A stretch of DNA of 64,000 nucleotides from a virus. Positions within the stretch are counted from its first letter, which is position 1. Each line of letters begins with the position of its first letter. Below the pieces are notes generated by a model, which saw nothing but the letters and a program-made list of their open reading frames with translations, did no database searches and was not told the origin of the DNA. The stretch lies in the IMG/VR virus record IMGVR_UViG_3300035676_000002, positions 1-64,000 of that record. One strand, given 5' to 3'. Position numbers and translations under genes: made by a program. Of the stretch, positions 16,567 through 26,096 are shown piece after piece.

Positions 16567-17012
16567 TACTTTGCCTGTACCCTGTAAATAATATAGCCTC
16601 TTGTCTTGTGTAGCACTTCATAAGGAAGGTAGACGGTACGCTGATATGTCCCACTATTCGTCAGACCATCCTTTTGAATATCGCGCCGCACGCTAATATA
16701 GGCATTTCCACCATTATCATCGAGGAGACTACGTATATCCCGCAGAATCTTTAGCTCATAAAGCGGGGGAATAGTATTAAGAACATACGTGCAAACAATA
16801 GTCTTAAAAAGACCATCTGGCCTTACTGGAAAATAACAGGGATCAAACTTTTCCCAGAGATAAGTTTCAGCATCCTTTCCACGACCGCATCCATAGTCGA
16901 GCGTGCGCCCCCATATTTTCCCATGCTCTACAAGCCAGCGTGCAGGAGCGGAAGCCGTAGTTCTTGCCATAGCGGTACGCGCCGAAATTGCTTCGTAATC
17001 TTTCTGTCGCAT
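16566..17012 (-). CDS. Class I SAM-dependent methyltransferase (small, stand-alone)
   Basis: LDYGCGRGKD motif I; CTYVLNTI; YISVRRD. Confidence 0.85.
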   Translation of the reverse strand: MRQKDYEAISARTAMARTTASAPARWLVEHGKIWGRTLDYGCGRGKDAETYLWEKFDPCYFPVRPDGLFKTIVCTYVLNTIPPLYELKILRDIRSLLDDNGGNAYISVRRDIQKDGLTNSGTYQRTVYLPYEVLHKTRGYIIYRVQAK

Positions 17013-17107
17013 GATTTCCTCTTTATTAAGCTAGGCGTCCAATGATAATGCCAAGAAGGCATCCACCAAGGAAACAAAAAAACAAAACAACCGGATCAAT
17101 CATAATA

Positions 17108-17181
17108 TAGCGAGGGAGAGAATCGAACTCTCGTCTGTAGGTTATGAGCCTACCATCGGAGCCACCCCGAATTTCCTCGCG
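17108..17181 (-). tRNA. tRNA-Met(CAT), initiator-like, atypical D-arm
   Basis: Anticodon arm GTAGG-CTCATAA-CCTAC, T arm GAGAG-TTCGATT-CTCTC, C1:T72 mismatch, no encoded CCA; promoter TTGACA-N17-TATGCT at 17194-17222. Confidence 0.8.
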
Positions 17182-17229
17182 TCATGTGGGGGAAGCATAA
17201 CACTTCCCCCACCGATTGTCAAGAGCGCA

Positions 17230-17289
17230 TTAGCACTTACCGCCGCCACTCTTACCGCCCTTACCACCCTTACCCTTACCTTTTGCCAT
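17230..17289 (-). CDS. 19-aa Gly/Lys micropeptide MAKGKGKGGKGGKSGGGKC
   Basis: ATG behind AGAAGGGTG; third codon positions vary in repeated Gly codons; below ORF-track cutoff. Confidence 0.55.
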   Translation of the reverse strand: MAKGKGKGGKGGKSGGGKC

Positions 17290-17306
17290 TACGAATCACC
17301 ACCCTT

Positions 17307-17771
17307 CTATCTGTTATCACCAGAACCCTTGATAGCATTACGATCCTTGCGACTCAAGAGTTTCTTGAGATTTTCATGTCCCACCACATTTAATCCTGTT
17401 TTTAATTCCTTTGCGAGTTGCGAGAGATACCAGAGTACATCACCCATCTCAGCAATCATTTGCTTTTGAAATTCCACAAACCTTACATCATCATACTTAG
17501 AGGTATCACAAAGTCTCAATCGCTGCTCATCATCACGAATGACTCGCTTTAAATCCCCTGCTACCTTACCGGCTAATTCCGTATCACGAAGGATTTTCAT
17601 AAAGCAATAATGCGCTTCATCTTTATCTGGATCAGCAAAATCTAATACTTTTCCAGCAATCTCCCCCACTTCACTAATAAGGCCCATGAGGACATAACCG
17701 ATATCACCAGAACCAGCATCGGGATAAATAGCTGTTGTCTTAGCTTTTTCCATGTATTCATTCAAATCCAT
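17307..17771 (-). CDS. mazG: MazG-like NTP pyrophosphohydrolase
   Basis: GLISEVGEIAGK...EMGDVLWYLSQLA...NLKKLLSR...GSGDNR. Confidence 0.85.
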   Translation of the reverse strand: MDLNEYMEKAKTTAIYPDAGSGDIGYVLMGLISEVGEIAGKVLDFADPDKDEAHYCFMKILRDTELAGKVAGDLKRVIRDDEQRLRLCDTSKYDDVRFVEFQKQMIAEMGDVLWYLSQLAKELKTGLNVVGHENLKKLLSRKDRNAIKGSGDNR

Positions 17772-17779
17772 TTTAGCTC

Positions 17780-18106
17780 CTATACGTAAAATCGAGAAGG
17801 GTCAATTGTAGGATCGCATCGAATTACTCGTACCATATTGAGATATTCTTGATAACACCGACAAGCCGTACAAAGCTTTTCTGTACTTTTAACGCCACAA
17901 TGCAAGCACTTGTATGGGTAGCGACATTGCTCAGAACAATATAGGCTCTTAGTGCCTGTCAGTACCCTCCCGCACACATGGCAACGCTTTCCGGTTGTTT
18001 TCCTATAGCCTTCGGATTGACATTTCGTTGAACAATATTTATGATTTTTGTATTTAAGCGGAGTATTACACTGCGCGCATACGCGCCATTTAAACCCCTT
18101 AAGCAT
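17780..18106 (-). CDS. Multi-Zn-finger protein (YCS repeats)
   Basis: CxxC...YCSxxC twice plus further CxxC. Confidence 0.65.
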   Translation of the reverse strand: MLKGFKWRVCAQCNTPLKYKNHKYCSTKCQSEGYRKTTGKRCHVCGRVLTGTKSLYCSEQCRYPYKCLHCGVKSTEKLCTACRCYQEYLNMVRVIRCDPTIDPSRFYV

Positions 18107-18111
18107 GACAC

Positions 18112-18243
18112 TTACTTCTTGTTTGACTTACCAGCCTTAGAAAGCGCGATAGCGACTGCTTGCTTCTGCGGCTTACCATGCTTCATTTCGGTCTTAATAT
18201 TTGCCGAAATAGTCTTAGGACTAGAGCCAGTTTTAAGAGGCAT
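18112..18243 (-). CDS. Small basic protein, DUF6496-like (43 aa)
   Basis: [43 protein letters not shown]; below ORF-track cutoff. Confidence 0.75.
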   Translation of the reverse strand: MPLKTGSSPKTISANIKTEMKHGKPQKQAVAIALSKAGKSNKK

Positions 18244-18371
18244 TACTTTTTTCCGCCTTTCTCATTCTTTTCGTGACCCTTCGTTTCCTTTTCTTTCATT
18301 TCCTTCATCGGCATATCCTTCATCGGCATATCCTTCATCGGCATCTTTTTCATCGGCATACCCTTTGCCAT
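18243..18371 (-). CDS. Met/Lys-rich repeat micropeptide (42 aa)
   Basis: [28 protein letters not shown]...; GGAGG RBS; promoter TTGACA-N16-TATAAT at 18394-18421; TAATG coupling to the next gene. Confidence 0.7.
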   Translation of the reverse strand: MAKGMPMKKMPMKDMPMKDMPMKEMKEKETKGHEKNEKGGKK

Positions 18372-18417
18372 ATCTATTCCTCCAGTGTGCAGTATTATAC
18401 ATGAAAAACTTGATTTG

Positions 18418-18594
18418 TCAACCGTATTTAACGGTGAATTTCTCTAGAATCATCTTCGTGTATCTTCCACACCAATTACAAATAAGTACCACGCCAGAGT
18501 TGATTTTCTCGTTATCCCAATAATGATACTGGCTGTACTTGCTACAATGAGCGCACTTAATGCGGACGGTAATATGCGGCTCTACGTCAGGCAT
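18418..18594 (-). CDS. Small Zn-ribbon protein (58 aa)
   Basis: CAHC...CNWC; fills the gap; below ORF-track cutoff. Confidence 0.6.
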   Translation of the reverse strand: MPDVEPHITVRIKCAHCSKYSQYHYWDNEKINSGVVLICNWCGRYTKMILEKFTVKYG

Positions 18595-19303
18595 TGAAAA
18601 TCTCCCGTGTAATTAACTGCGGAATAGTATCGTCGGTGCGATAAGTAGGCAATGGCTCAACTTCGGGCCTTTCTACTCCCGGCACGACTTCTGTTTTAAT
18701 CAAGCTTGCTGTGGGCTTATTCCCCTTTTTAGCAAGATGCTCCTCTCGCAAGTTACGTATCCATTTTCTCGTTGAGGCATTAGACCGCTGGAGAGCCTGT
18801 TCGTGATGGAATTTGCAATACCCATTTTTGTAGATTGGCACACTTTTTTTCCATCCACACGTTTGACATAATCCAGCTTCACGCAATTTCTTTCGATACT
18901 CCCGACCACGCTGATTAACTCTTTGCCTATAACGTTCATATCGAGTAATATCAGCGGCAGCAGTAACCGCAACCTCTTTCTCCTCTGGGACCACTTCCGC
19001 TACGGCTTCCTCCTCTTCATCCTCATCGTCCTTCATCATCAAGAAGTTATCTGGAATTACTGCTGCCGCATCTGGAATTGCCTTAGCGGCAATATCATCA
19101 AGCAACTTTGTTTCTTTCCCTATGACGCCACATTCATGCAAGCATCCATTCCCGCATCGAAGCGGGAATGTGCCAAGATTGCGGCATCGCACGCACCAAA
19201 CGAGATCGGCACCACACTTGCAATAGATACCAGAGAATACTTTCCCATCCTCAATTGGATCTATCTCAATAGTAATGGCTCTATTTGTTTCGTGCCGTCC
19301 CAT
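18587..19303 (-). CDS. Cys-rich protein with acidic linker and C-terminal Zn finger
   Basis: AGLCQTCG...YCKFHHE. Confidence 0.65.
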   Translation of the reverse strand: MGRHETNRAITIEIDPIEDGKVFSGIYCKCGADLVWCVRCRNLGTFPLRCGNGCLHECGVIGKETKLLDDIAAKAIPDAAAVIPDNFLMMKDDEDEEEEAVAEVVPEEKEVAVTAAADITRYERYRQRVNQRGREYRKKLREAGLCQTCGWKKSVPIYKNGYCKFHHEQALQRSNASTRKWIRNLREEHLAKKGNKPTASLIKTEVVPGVERPEVEPLPTYRTDDTIPQLITREIFNA

Positions 19304-19305
19304 AC

Positions 19306-19464
19306 TTATGCCTTCTTAATGCTTCCGCAAACTGTACAACGATATGCCTTAGAACCTTCGTTAGAATTCTTAGGAGTATAATTTCCTAGACGCTTACCAT
19401 TCCCATACATCTTATCCTGCACCTTATGGACACAGGAACACGTTACGACCGCTGTTTCAGCCAT
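19306..19464 (-). CDS. Conserved small phage Zn-ribbon protein (52 aa)
   Basis: CSCVHKVQDKMYGNGKR...RCTVCG; RBS AGGAG; below ORF-track cutoff. Confidence 0.7.
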   Translation of the reverse strand: MAETAVVTCSCVHKVQDKMYGNGKRLGNYTPKNSNEGSKAYRCTVCGSIKKA

Positions 19465-19700
19465 GCGTTTTCTCCTCTCAATCTTTCAAGTTCTCTTAAG
19501 ACGGAATAAATAACTCGTACATCATCGTGAACGTGGGCAACATAAAAAATATGCTCTTTAGTATTCTGCTTTCCTGCTGTTTCAATCATCAGCGCAATAT
19601 CTTTTAAGTGTCGTTCATCAACACCAATGTCACCTAATTGAACTGGAGGAATTGCGTCATTTCGTATTACCACAGGAAACTCCTTCTTGACAGTAATCAT
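19443..19700 (-). CDS. Hypothetical protein
   Basis: ATGA coupling to the upstream gene. Confidence 0.6.
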   Translation of the reverse strand: MITVKKEFPVVIRNDAIPPVQLGDIGVDERHLKDIALMIETAGKQNTKEHIFYVAHVHDDVRVIYSVLRELERLRGENAWLKQRS

Positions 19701-20359
19701 AGGGGCTTCATCGACGTAATCCAGTAGGCGTCTGCCGGATGAATCGTCAACTCAGGAGCGTTATCCTGACCCAGCACCGCACGAATATGCTTGCAAGGCA
19801 GTCCAGCCGGACCCTTACGGGCAATAAAATCCATGCAGGAGCACGCTGCCTGACCAATAGCGGTCCATACATCAACAGTGTACTTCACGCCTTTCTTTTC
19901 CTCTGATTCAACGATGAACCGCTCAATCTGAGGAATAGAATTTCCTGCTACCCTTGCAATAGTCTCTTCCATATTTTCCTCTCCTTTGAAACCATCATAG
20001 CACTGAGGGGAATCGTTGTCAAGCAAATAGGTTAACCGCTCCGCAAACTTCCCAACAGAAAGATAAATCTCGTCCATTGGATGATTGCTCTCTGGAAAAT
20101 GACGAATCAAGAAAAATGGAAATGTCCGAATAAAATTATTCTTTGCGTATCGAATTGCATCACTACTTGCGTCCCGTATATCTGCGGTCCAGATATTTGT
20201 AACATATTGCATGAGGTTTCGTTTTTCTAAATACGCGACTGCCTCATTGCATTTTACGCAAATCTTCCCATTATGCCCAACAAACTTGACCATAATAATA
20301 ACAGTACGGAATTTAGCTTCCATATTCGGGCACCACATGGATGAAAAAATAGAGGACAC
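19697..20359 (-). CDS. Thioredoxin-like (CxxC) domain in frame with a SWIM finger; internal start at 19972
   Basis: CVKC and TFPFF N-terminally; CSCMDF...PCKHI C-terminally; internal promoter 19994-20022 and RBS AAAGGAG. Confidence 0.7.
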   Translation of the reverse strand: MSSIFSSMWCPNMEAKFRTVIIMVKFVGHNGKICVKCNEAVAYLEKRNLMQYVTNIWTADIRDASSDAIRYAKNNFIRTFPFFLIRHFPESNHPMDEIYLSVGKFAERLTYLLDNDSPQCYDGFKGEENMEETIARVAGNSIPQIERFIVESEEKKGVKYTVDVWTAIGQAACSCMDFIARKGPAGLPCKHIRAVLGQDNAPELTIHPADAYWITSMKPL

Positions 20360-20424
20360 AGATTATCGACCAGACAATCGTAAACACCACCCCCAGCCCT
20401 ACGATAATAATGCCCCGCAGAATC

Positions 20425-20919
20425 TTAAGGGCAATCACTACCGGCACGGCTAATAGAAGCAACAGAATCTCCATCAGTCATTCCTTTCGGCAGAATCGTC
20501 ATTGGCGAAATGATGGTCTTAGGGCGCTTCCACACGAACTTTGCATGGGAAACTCCCTGCGTAGAAAGATAGAGAGCCATCATATCCTCTGCTATCTTTC
20601 GTGTAATCCAATCGTGCTTTGTGTATACGCAAGCCGTTTTGGGAGTATACACTATGAAGTCCTTTTTTAAAGAATCATAGACTCCCTCCTGCGCTTCCAA
20701 TTCCTTTCTGAATACGCTTGAGAGTTTCGGGTGATGCTTAATGCACTCCCGGTTGGTTTCCATATCGCTCAGAAGCTCGATGCGCCCAATGAGCGTGAGC
20801 ATCCCACGGCACGCTCGCTTCGGATTCCACTTCCAGCGTAGCCATACGTCGCTCCACCCCTGTTCATAGGTCGGATCAACGGCAATCGGCTCATAGCATC
20901 TGACTTGAATTTCTTTCAT
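20425..20919 (-). CDS. Hypothetical protein
   Basis: Long ORF with promoter at 20946-20974. Confidence 0.7.
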   Translation of the reverse strand: MKEIQVRCYEPIAVDPTYEQGWSDVWLRWKWNPKRACRGMLTLIGRIELLSDMETNRECIKHHPKLSSVFRKELEAQEGVYDSLKKDFIVYTPKTACVYTKHDWITRKIAEDMMALYLSTQGVSHAKFVWKRPKTIISPMTILPKGMTDGDSVASISRAGSDCP

Positions 20920-21118
20920 TAATCAATCCTGTCCCTTTCCCTCTATAGGTAGCACAGAATCTATCGCGTGTCAAGAAAATTCTTATTCCCTAGGATCGAA
21001 ATGATTCCAGCAGTCCCAGCAGAGATATACCTTTCCGCCAGTATCTTCTGGTAATTCAAATGCTTCGCACGTTTCTATTCTATTCTGGCAACGTCGGCAC
21101 GTTACTGATGCGCCACCT

Positions 21119-21685
21119 TTAGGCATGACCGTTCCCCTTGCTTTCTTCTGAGGTAGGCTCATTATGATCCTCGCCCCTATCCCATTCTGGCTTTAACCCT
21201 AGGGCTGTTCGTTCAACAACCGCTTCGGCGTTGATTTCATTAAGGATTTTCTCTAGTGTTGGCTTACGTTCATCAAGCCCACTACCCAATCCAAGCACCT
21301 TGAAGTTCTTCAACAGAATATCATTCATTTTAGCAAGCCCATTAATTGCAACTTGAAAAGCTTGCCTCTGTGCCTTCCCATGCTCTGTCGGGGTTGCGGA
21401 AGGGCGGCGAGCCGTAAGTAGGTGGGTCATTAAGGATCGCTTAAGCAGCAATGCCTCAACGATACTTTCAGCACACGCCGCCCTCACGCTAGAGGGAATA
21501 TGCTTATCTGCTGCATTTTCAAACTCAGATAATAGATCAGCAAGCAATTGCCCCTCTGGTGTATTGGTGTCAACATTAGAAATTCCCTGACGCCGTAACG
21601 TCATCACTAAGCGATTATGAATACGCTCAGAATTCGCAAGCTGAACCTGCGTATTGTTATAATTAATCCCCCGTGGGTTTGCCAT
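21119..21685 (-). CDS. Helical hypothetical protein (possible small terminase subunit)
   Basis: RBS GAGG; size, helical pattern and position after an HNH gene only. Confidence 0.55.
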   Translation of the reverse strand: MANPRGINYNNTQVQLANSERIHNRLVMTLRRQGISNVDTNTPEGQLLADLLSEFENAADKHIPSSVRAACAESIVEALLLKRSLMTHLLTARRPSATPTEHGKAQRQAFQVAINGLAKMNDILLKNFKVLGLGSGLDERKPTLEKILNEINAEAVVERTALGLKPEWDRGEDHNEPTSEESKGNGHA

Positions 21686-21696
21686 TGTTCTTACCT

Positions 21697-22704
21697 CTAA
21701 TACAATGGTTCCACATTTTCCTCTAGAGTGCAAGTAGTTAGTACATCAGGTTCGCTACAAATAATTCCTTTTTTGTTTGCATCGCCAGAATAGATATGTG
21801 CCGGGAAATCACGTCCCGCTTGCAATGCGCTTTTTACCTGTTCGTAACTTGGCCCAAGAATCTTTTGTGCAAAGGCTTCCCACTCCGGTTGCACGACCTG
21901 ATTATGGCATGGATTCCAGCAGAGAAGCGCCAATGGCCCCGAATCTCCCCCTGATATAGAACGAGGGATAAGGTGGTGCAATGTCGGCTCAAGTGGAATA
22001 TTCCCACATACAGTACAATAGAAAATATCGTTCTCAATCATCTTTTCATATTGATGAAATGTCTTAAAGGTATCTAAATGAAAGAGATTTACAAATTCAA
22101 TAAAATTACTCAATACTAATCCGTTAAGCGATTCATTGATTGTTTTATGCTTGTTGATGATTGCGTGCAGGACGAGCGAATGTCGGAAGTTATCATAATC
22201 CCCATTAGCAACGTAGACAGGAAGTTGACGAATATCTTCCGATTCATCCTCTGCTTTAATTTCTTCATATCCATCTGGGAGCGGCGTGCCATTGAGGATA
22301 TAATCAAAGGCCGCATCAATGGATAGCCCCTTCTTCCTGACAAGGTTCGCAAGACGATCAAGCTTTCCAATCGTGCATCGTCCACCATTTACCAGAGCGG
22401 TAATTTCATCCTTGTATTTATAAAACGCTGTTCCAATTCTTCGCATCTGGTAGGCTAGCGATTTGCTAATCAGACATAGTTCATCATCCTCTGGATTGCA
22501 AATGTCCTGATTAAGCCATTGGTTAAACGTCGAGTAGCCCCATCCCTGATATTCCTTGCCAGTTTCGATGCGTGCAAAAATCCACGCAACCTCAACAGAA
22601 CTCTTCGATAATCGAGAAATCTTTTCTGCAATCTCCGAACGGATGCTATACGCTGCCCCAATGGTAACTTCTGGTTCTTCGTTTAATGCATCAAGAATAT
22701 TCAT
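21697..22704 (-). CDS. HNH endonuclease-domain protein with N-terminal helical domain
   Basis: CTVCG...HHLIPRS.SGG...LLCWNPCHN; N-terminal GYSTFNQWL. Confidence 0.75.
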   Translation of the reverse strand: MNILDALNEEPEVTIGAAYSIRSEIAEKISRLSKSSVEVAWIFARIETGKEYQGWGYSTFNQWLNQDICNPEDDELCLISKSLAYQMRRIGTAFYKYKDEITALVNGGRCTIGKLDRLANLVRKKGLSIDAAFDYILNGTPLPDGYEEIKAEDESEDIRQLPVYVANGDYDNFRHSLVLHAIINKHKTINESLNGLVLSNFIEFVNLFHLDTFKTFHQYEKMIENDIFYCTVCGNIPLEPTLHHLIPRSISGGDSGPLALLCWNPCHNQVVQPEWEAFAQKILGPSYEQVKSALQAGRDFPAHIYSGDANKKGIICSEPDVLTTCTLEENVEPLY

Positions 22705-23291
22705 TAAAATTCTCCCTTATATCCACTATAGTCATTGATTGCTGGCCCATCTTCAGACGGTAGGAACAATCGCCACTTATGAGAAATCTCCCCCGCAATC
22801 CTGTGCGCCAACACACGAATCTCCGGTACAGCATTGCTATGAAGTTCAATATCATAATCCCACTTGATATTCTTACCCGTGAGATTGCTTTCGGATGCGT
22901 GATGCTGGTTTCGTGTATCATCAATATATTCTGTACCGTCATCATTAAAACGCTTCATGCGAATTAGAACACCATGACTATGCCGAACAAAAGCCAATTC
23001 ATTATGGAATCTGCAATCGGTAATAATTGCAACATTGGGCTTTTCTTCTTCAATTTGATACCGCAGCATCCGAATCCAAAATTCATCTTCCTTGCGGCGG
23101 TAGATATCGGTTCCTACTAGCTGAAGCAACGGACCATCTTTAACCGTCATCAATCCCGCTACGCGACAATAGCACTTAAGCGCATTAGCAAAAGAATATT
23201 GCTTTGCGCCATAACCAAAATGATGCACTAAAGCAGTACCCATCGTGTCTTTTCCACTACGGGCGCGTCCCGCTATGCCTACGAGAATCAT
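22704..23291 (-). CDS. Deoxynucleoside monophosphate kinase
   Basis: GIAGRARSGKDT P-loop, SFANALK, LQLVGTD, ITDCRFHNE, HASE. Confidence 0.9.
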   Translation of the reverse strand: MILVGIAGRARSGKDTMGTALVHHFGYGAKQYSFANALKCYCRVAGLMTVKDGPLLQLVGTDIYRRKEDEFWIRMLRYQIEEEKPNVAIITDCRFHNELAFVRHSHGVLIRMKRFNDDGTEYIDDTRNQHHASESNLTGKNIKWDYDIELHSNAVPEIRVLAHRIAGEISHKWRLFLPSEDGPAINDYSGYKGEF

Positions 23292-23417
23292 CCGAAGCAC
23301 CACACATTCTTGCAGAGAGCAATAATACCCCCGCCAATAATAGCCCACAAAACAAGGGAGAAGAGAGTTGCCCACAGGCACCCCTCAAAAAACTTAATAG
23401 GAACCGTATCGTCCTCT

Positions 23418-23909
23418 TCACGATCCTTCGGCATCACCGTGCTCCTTGTGTATTTTGACTTTAGATTTCAAAAGAACTTTCATCAAGAGAAAGGCTACTG
23501 TAGCACCAATCAGATCAAAAGTCAAGTCAGTTATGGTATCAGTATACAAATCTTGCCCAAATGGATTACCTTGTGGGATCATAAATTCATACATTTCCCA
23601 TGCTATTGAGAAGAGTGCCACCATTCCAATGTTCCACGTATAGAGTTTCCCCAATAGTCCTAGCTCATAAAAAAGCCCTGCAAGCCAGAACCCGCCCATG
23701 AAGTGCATTACGTCATCGAGCCAAAAGGTCTGAGTTATGCGGGGAATAGACACGATAATCTCCGCACCCCACAGCAAGCCACCCAATGTTCCAATAATGA
23801 TATGGATGATTTCGCGCTTAGATAACGTAGGTCGAAAGCGAGGTAGCGAACATTTCTTTCCATCGTTTTTTGGGATCGTAGGCATGGATAGTGTACGCTT
23901 TAATTTCAC
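23418..23909 (-). CDS. Multi-pass membrane protein (VanZ/DUF2238-like)
   Basis: DDVMHFMGG, WEMYEF, DTITDL and 4 hydrophobic helices. Confidence 0.7.
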   Translation of the reverse strand: MKLKRTLSMPTIPKNDGKKCSLPRFRPTLSKREIIHIIIGTLGGLLWGAEIIVSIPRITQTFWLDDVMHFMGGFWLAGLFYELGLLGKLYTWNIGMVALFSIAWEMYEFMIPQGNPFGQDLYTDTITDLTFDLIGATVAFLLMKVLLKSKVKIHKEHGDAEGS

Positions 23910-24321
23910 TTCTCTTTTTCCCTTCTGACGTTATAGAACGATATTTTGCTTTCGTAAGAATAAACTTTAAGTGGGGAAATCTCCAGACAAACAACTTTGC
24001 CTTTAATTTGAATACATCGGTAATCTTGCCTTTAACGTCCTCTACAACCGGCGCTCCTTTGATACCAGTAACAAGCCCGTTTGTATCGGTATACACAAAG
24101 TCTGCGACATAGGAAATAACTGGACACGTATCATCATCGGGAGATACGCGGAATGTAACTTGTTCCCGTAATCCATGAATGATGCCACGATGCTCAAGGC
24201 TTTTTAATATCTCAGCCCTACGCCCCTCCGACTTGGATGCATACCCATTAAATCGTTGCTGCTTGTACTTCTGCCGACTGCCATTTCTGCACCTGCGCGG
24301 TCGCTTTGCCAGTTTCGTCAC
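23818..24321 (-). CDS. DUF1064-like PD-(D/E)XK nuclease
   Basis: SKSEGRRA...LREQV...YVADFVY...VEDVKG. Confidence 0.8.
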   Translation of the reverse strand: MTKLAKRPRRCRNGSRQKYKQQRFNGYASKSEGRRAEILKSLEHRGIIHGLREQVTFRVSPDDDTCPVISYVADFVYTDTNGLVTGIKGAPVVEDVKGKITDVFKLKAKLFVWRFPHLKFILTKAKYRSITSEGKKRSEIKAYTIHAYDPKKRWKEMFATSLSTYVI

Positions 24322-26089
24322 GACGGAGTTCCCTCACTTTCTTGGCGAAATTAATCAAGTAATCAATAAGATCACTTGCCGCACCCTTTGAGAACTTCGC
24401 TGGAATAATCATTACACGAAAACGATTACGCAGAAGTTGAATTTGCGTTGCCGTGGCTGGCGCAGTACGCCATTTGGCATCAATACGTTTCATGCGCCAG
24501 CTTTCGGGATAAATCTCCTTAATGTTCTTATCTGCCCACTTAAACGGCGGTTCATCTTTTGTGTAGTTTTCTAGCACGTTACGATTATTCTGATGATGGA
24601 TAGACCATTCTCCCAGCGCATTACACTGCAACTCTGTTACTGTCCGATCAGGCATGGACAGAATATACAGATTATTGTGAATCTTAATCCACGGAAACTT
24701 AGAACTATTCTCAATTTCTTGTGCAACTGCTGCCGCATCAAGAATATCAATAAATTGTGCCCGTGTCTCTATCCTGACAGTTCCCTTGACTACTTTCTCC
24801 ACAACGTCAGCACGGCGTTCAACATCGTTAATATCATCGTCATCGAAAACGTTGACCCCCATATCCATTGCTTGTCGGACAATTTTTGCTTTCTCATATA
24901 CATCCTCTTTGAGAAAATCAACGCCACGTACACCAAAGGCGTCACCAATACTTCGCACATTCGCCCGACCGGCGCAATCAACTACGTCCATAATATGACA
25001 GTATTCCTTGCCGGGAAATGGACGCAGGCCACGACCAATCATCTGCATATAGAGAACAGGGCTGAGAACCGGACGCGCCAATACAATACCATCAATACGA
25101 GGGATATCCGTTCCCTCTGTAAAGACGGCACAATTGAGCATGATACGCGCCTTCCCATCATGGAATTCTTTTACTCTATCAGCACGCGCACCATCTTCTG
25201 TATTGCCCAACACGTAGACCGCATCATGCCCACGATCATTGAATTGCTGGCATAATGTTTCGGTATGCTTCCGGTCAGCACAAAAGATCATAATGCTCTT
25301 TCGATCAGTAAAATGCTGTTCTACTGCCGAAATGATCTTTGAATTACGCGCATCGACATTTACGGCTAAGGCTAATTCACCCTCGGCAAACTCTCCAGCA
25401 CGAATATTAATGTGGCGCAAGTCTACGTCAGTAGTAATACGACTGCCACGAATACGGGAAAGGTATGGCCCAAGTCGCGCATCCCTTTCCCCCTCTTCAA
25501 TTAGTTCTGGAATAGTCTTTTGATATACAATTTCATCAAAAATATTCGCCAGATCAATACCATCACCACGCATAGGGGTAGCAGTTACGCCCAATAGAAG
25601 CTCTGGCTCAAAGTACCGAAGAATATTAAGATAGGTCTTAGCACCGGCATGGTGGCACTCGTCCACCACGATCATAGAAAAGTAATCCTTGGGGAATCGC
25701 TCTAATCGCTTCCTTGAGTTAGTACGCCCTAGCGTCGGAACGGAAGCCACGACGACTTGACAATCATCAGAAGCAGAATAGTCAGCCTTTTCGATTCCCA
25801 CTTTTAGGTCTGGACTAATTTGCCTGACCTTTGCTGCGGACTGATTAATCAATTCTTCTCGATGGGCAAGGATCAGCATAGTCGGCATATTCAACTGCCG
25901 CTGTGCTGTGACGAACATGACCGTTTTTCCACTTGCTGTAGGCAGCACGGCAAGCTGGCGCGATACGCCACTATTGAGAGCATGACGCATCGCCATAACA
26001 CATTCCGATTGATAAGGCCGCATGGTAAACGGCGCATCAACAACCGGCTCAATATCTGTCAGGAAATTTTCAAATTCATTCTGATACAT
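24248..26089 (-). CDS. SF2 DEAD/DEAH-box helicase (Irc3/RadD-like)
   Basis: PTASGKT, DECHH, TAT, TEGTDIP, QMIGRGLR. Confidence 0.95.
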   Translation of the reverse strand: MYQNEFENFLTDIEPVVDAPFTMRPYQSECVMAMRHALNSGVSRQLAVLPTASGKTVMFVTAQRQLNMPTMLILAHREELINQSAAKVRQISPDLKVGIEKADYSASDDCQVVVASVPTLGRTNSRKRLERFPKDYFSMIVVDECHHAGAKTYLNILRYFEPELLLGVTATPMRGDGIDLANIFDEIVYQKTIPELIEEGERDARLGPYLSRIRGSRITTDVDLRHINIRAGEFAEGELALAVNVDARNSKIISAVEQHFTDRKSIMIFCADRKHTETLCQQFNDRGHDAVYVLGNTEDGARADRVKEFHDGKARIMLNCAVFTEGTDIPRIDGIVLARPVLSPVLYMQMIGRGLRPFPGKEYCHIMDVVDCAGRANVRSIGDAFGVRGVDFLKEDVYEKAKIVRQAMDMGVNVFDDDDINDVERRADVVEKVVKGTVRIETRAQFIDILDAAAVAQEIENSSKFPWIKIHNNLYILSMPDRTVTELQCNALGEWSIHHQNNRNVLENYTKDEPPFKWADKNIKEIYPESWRMKRIDAKWRTAPATATQIQLLRNRFRVMIIPAKFSKGAASDLIDYLINFAKKVRELRRDETGKATAQVQKWQSAEVQAATI

Positions 26090-26096
26090 TTTTCAC

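Noticed and set aside
24593-25255. 220-aa plus-strand ORF
   Set aside because: Antisense to the helicase
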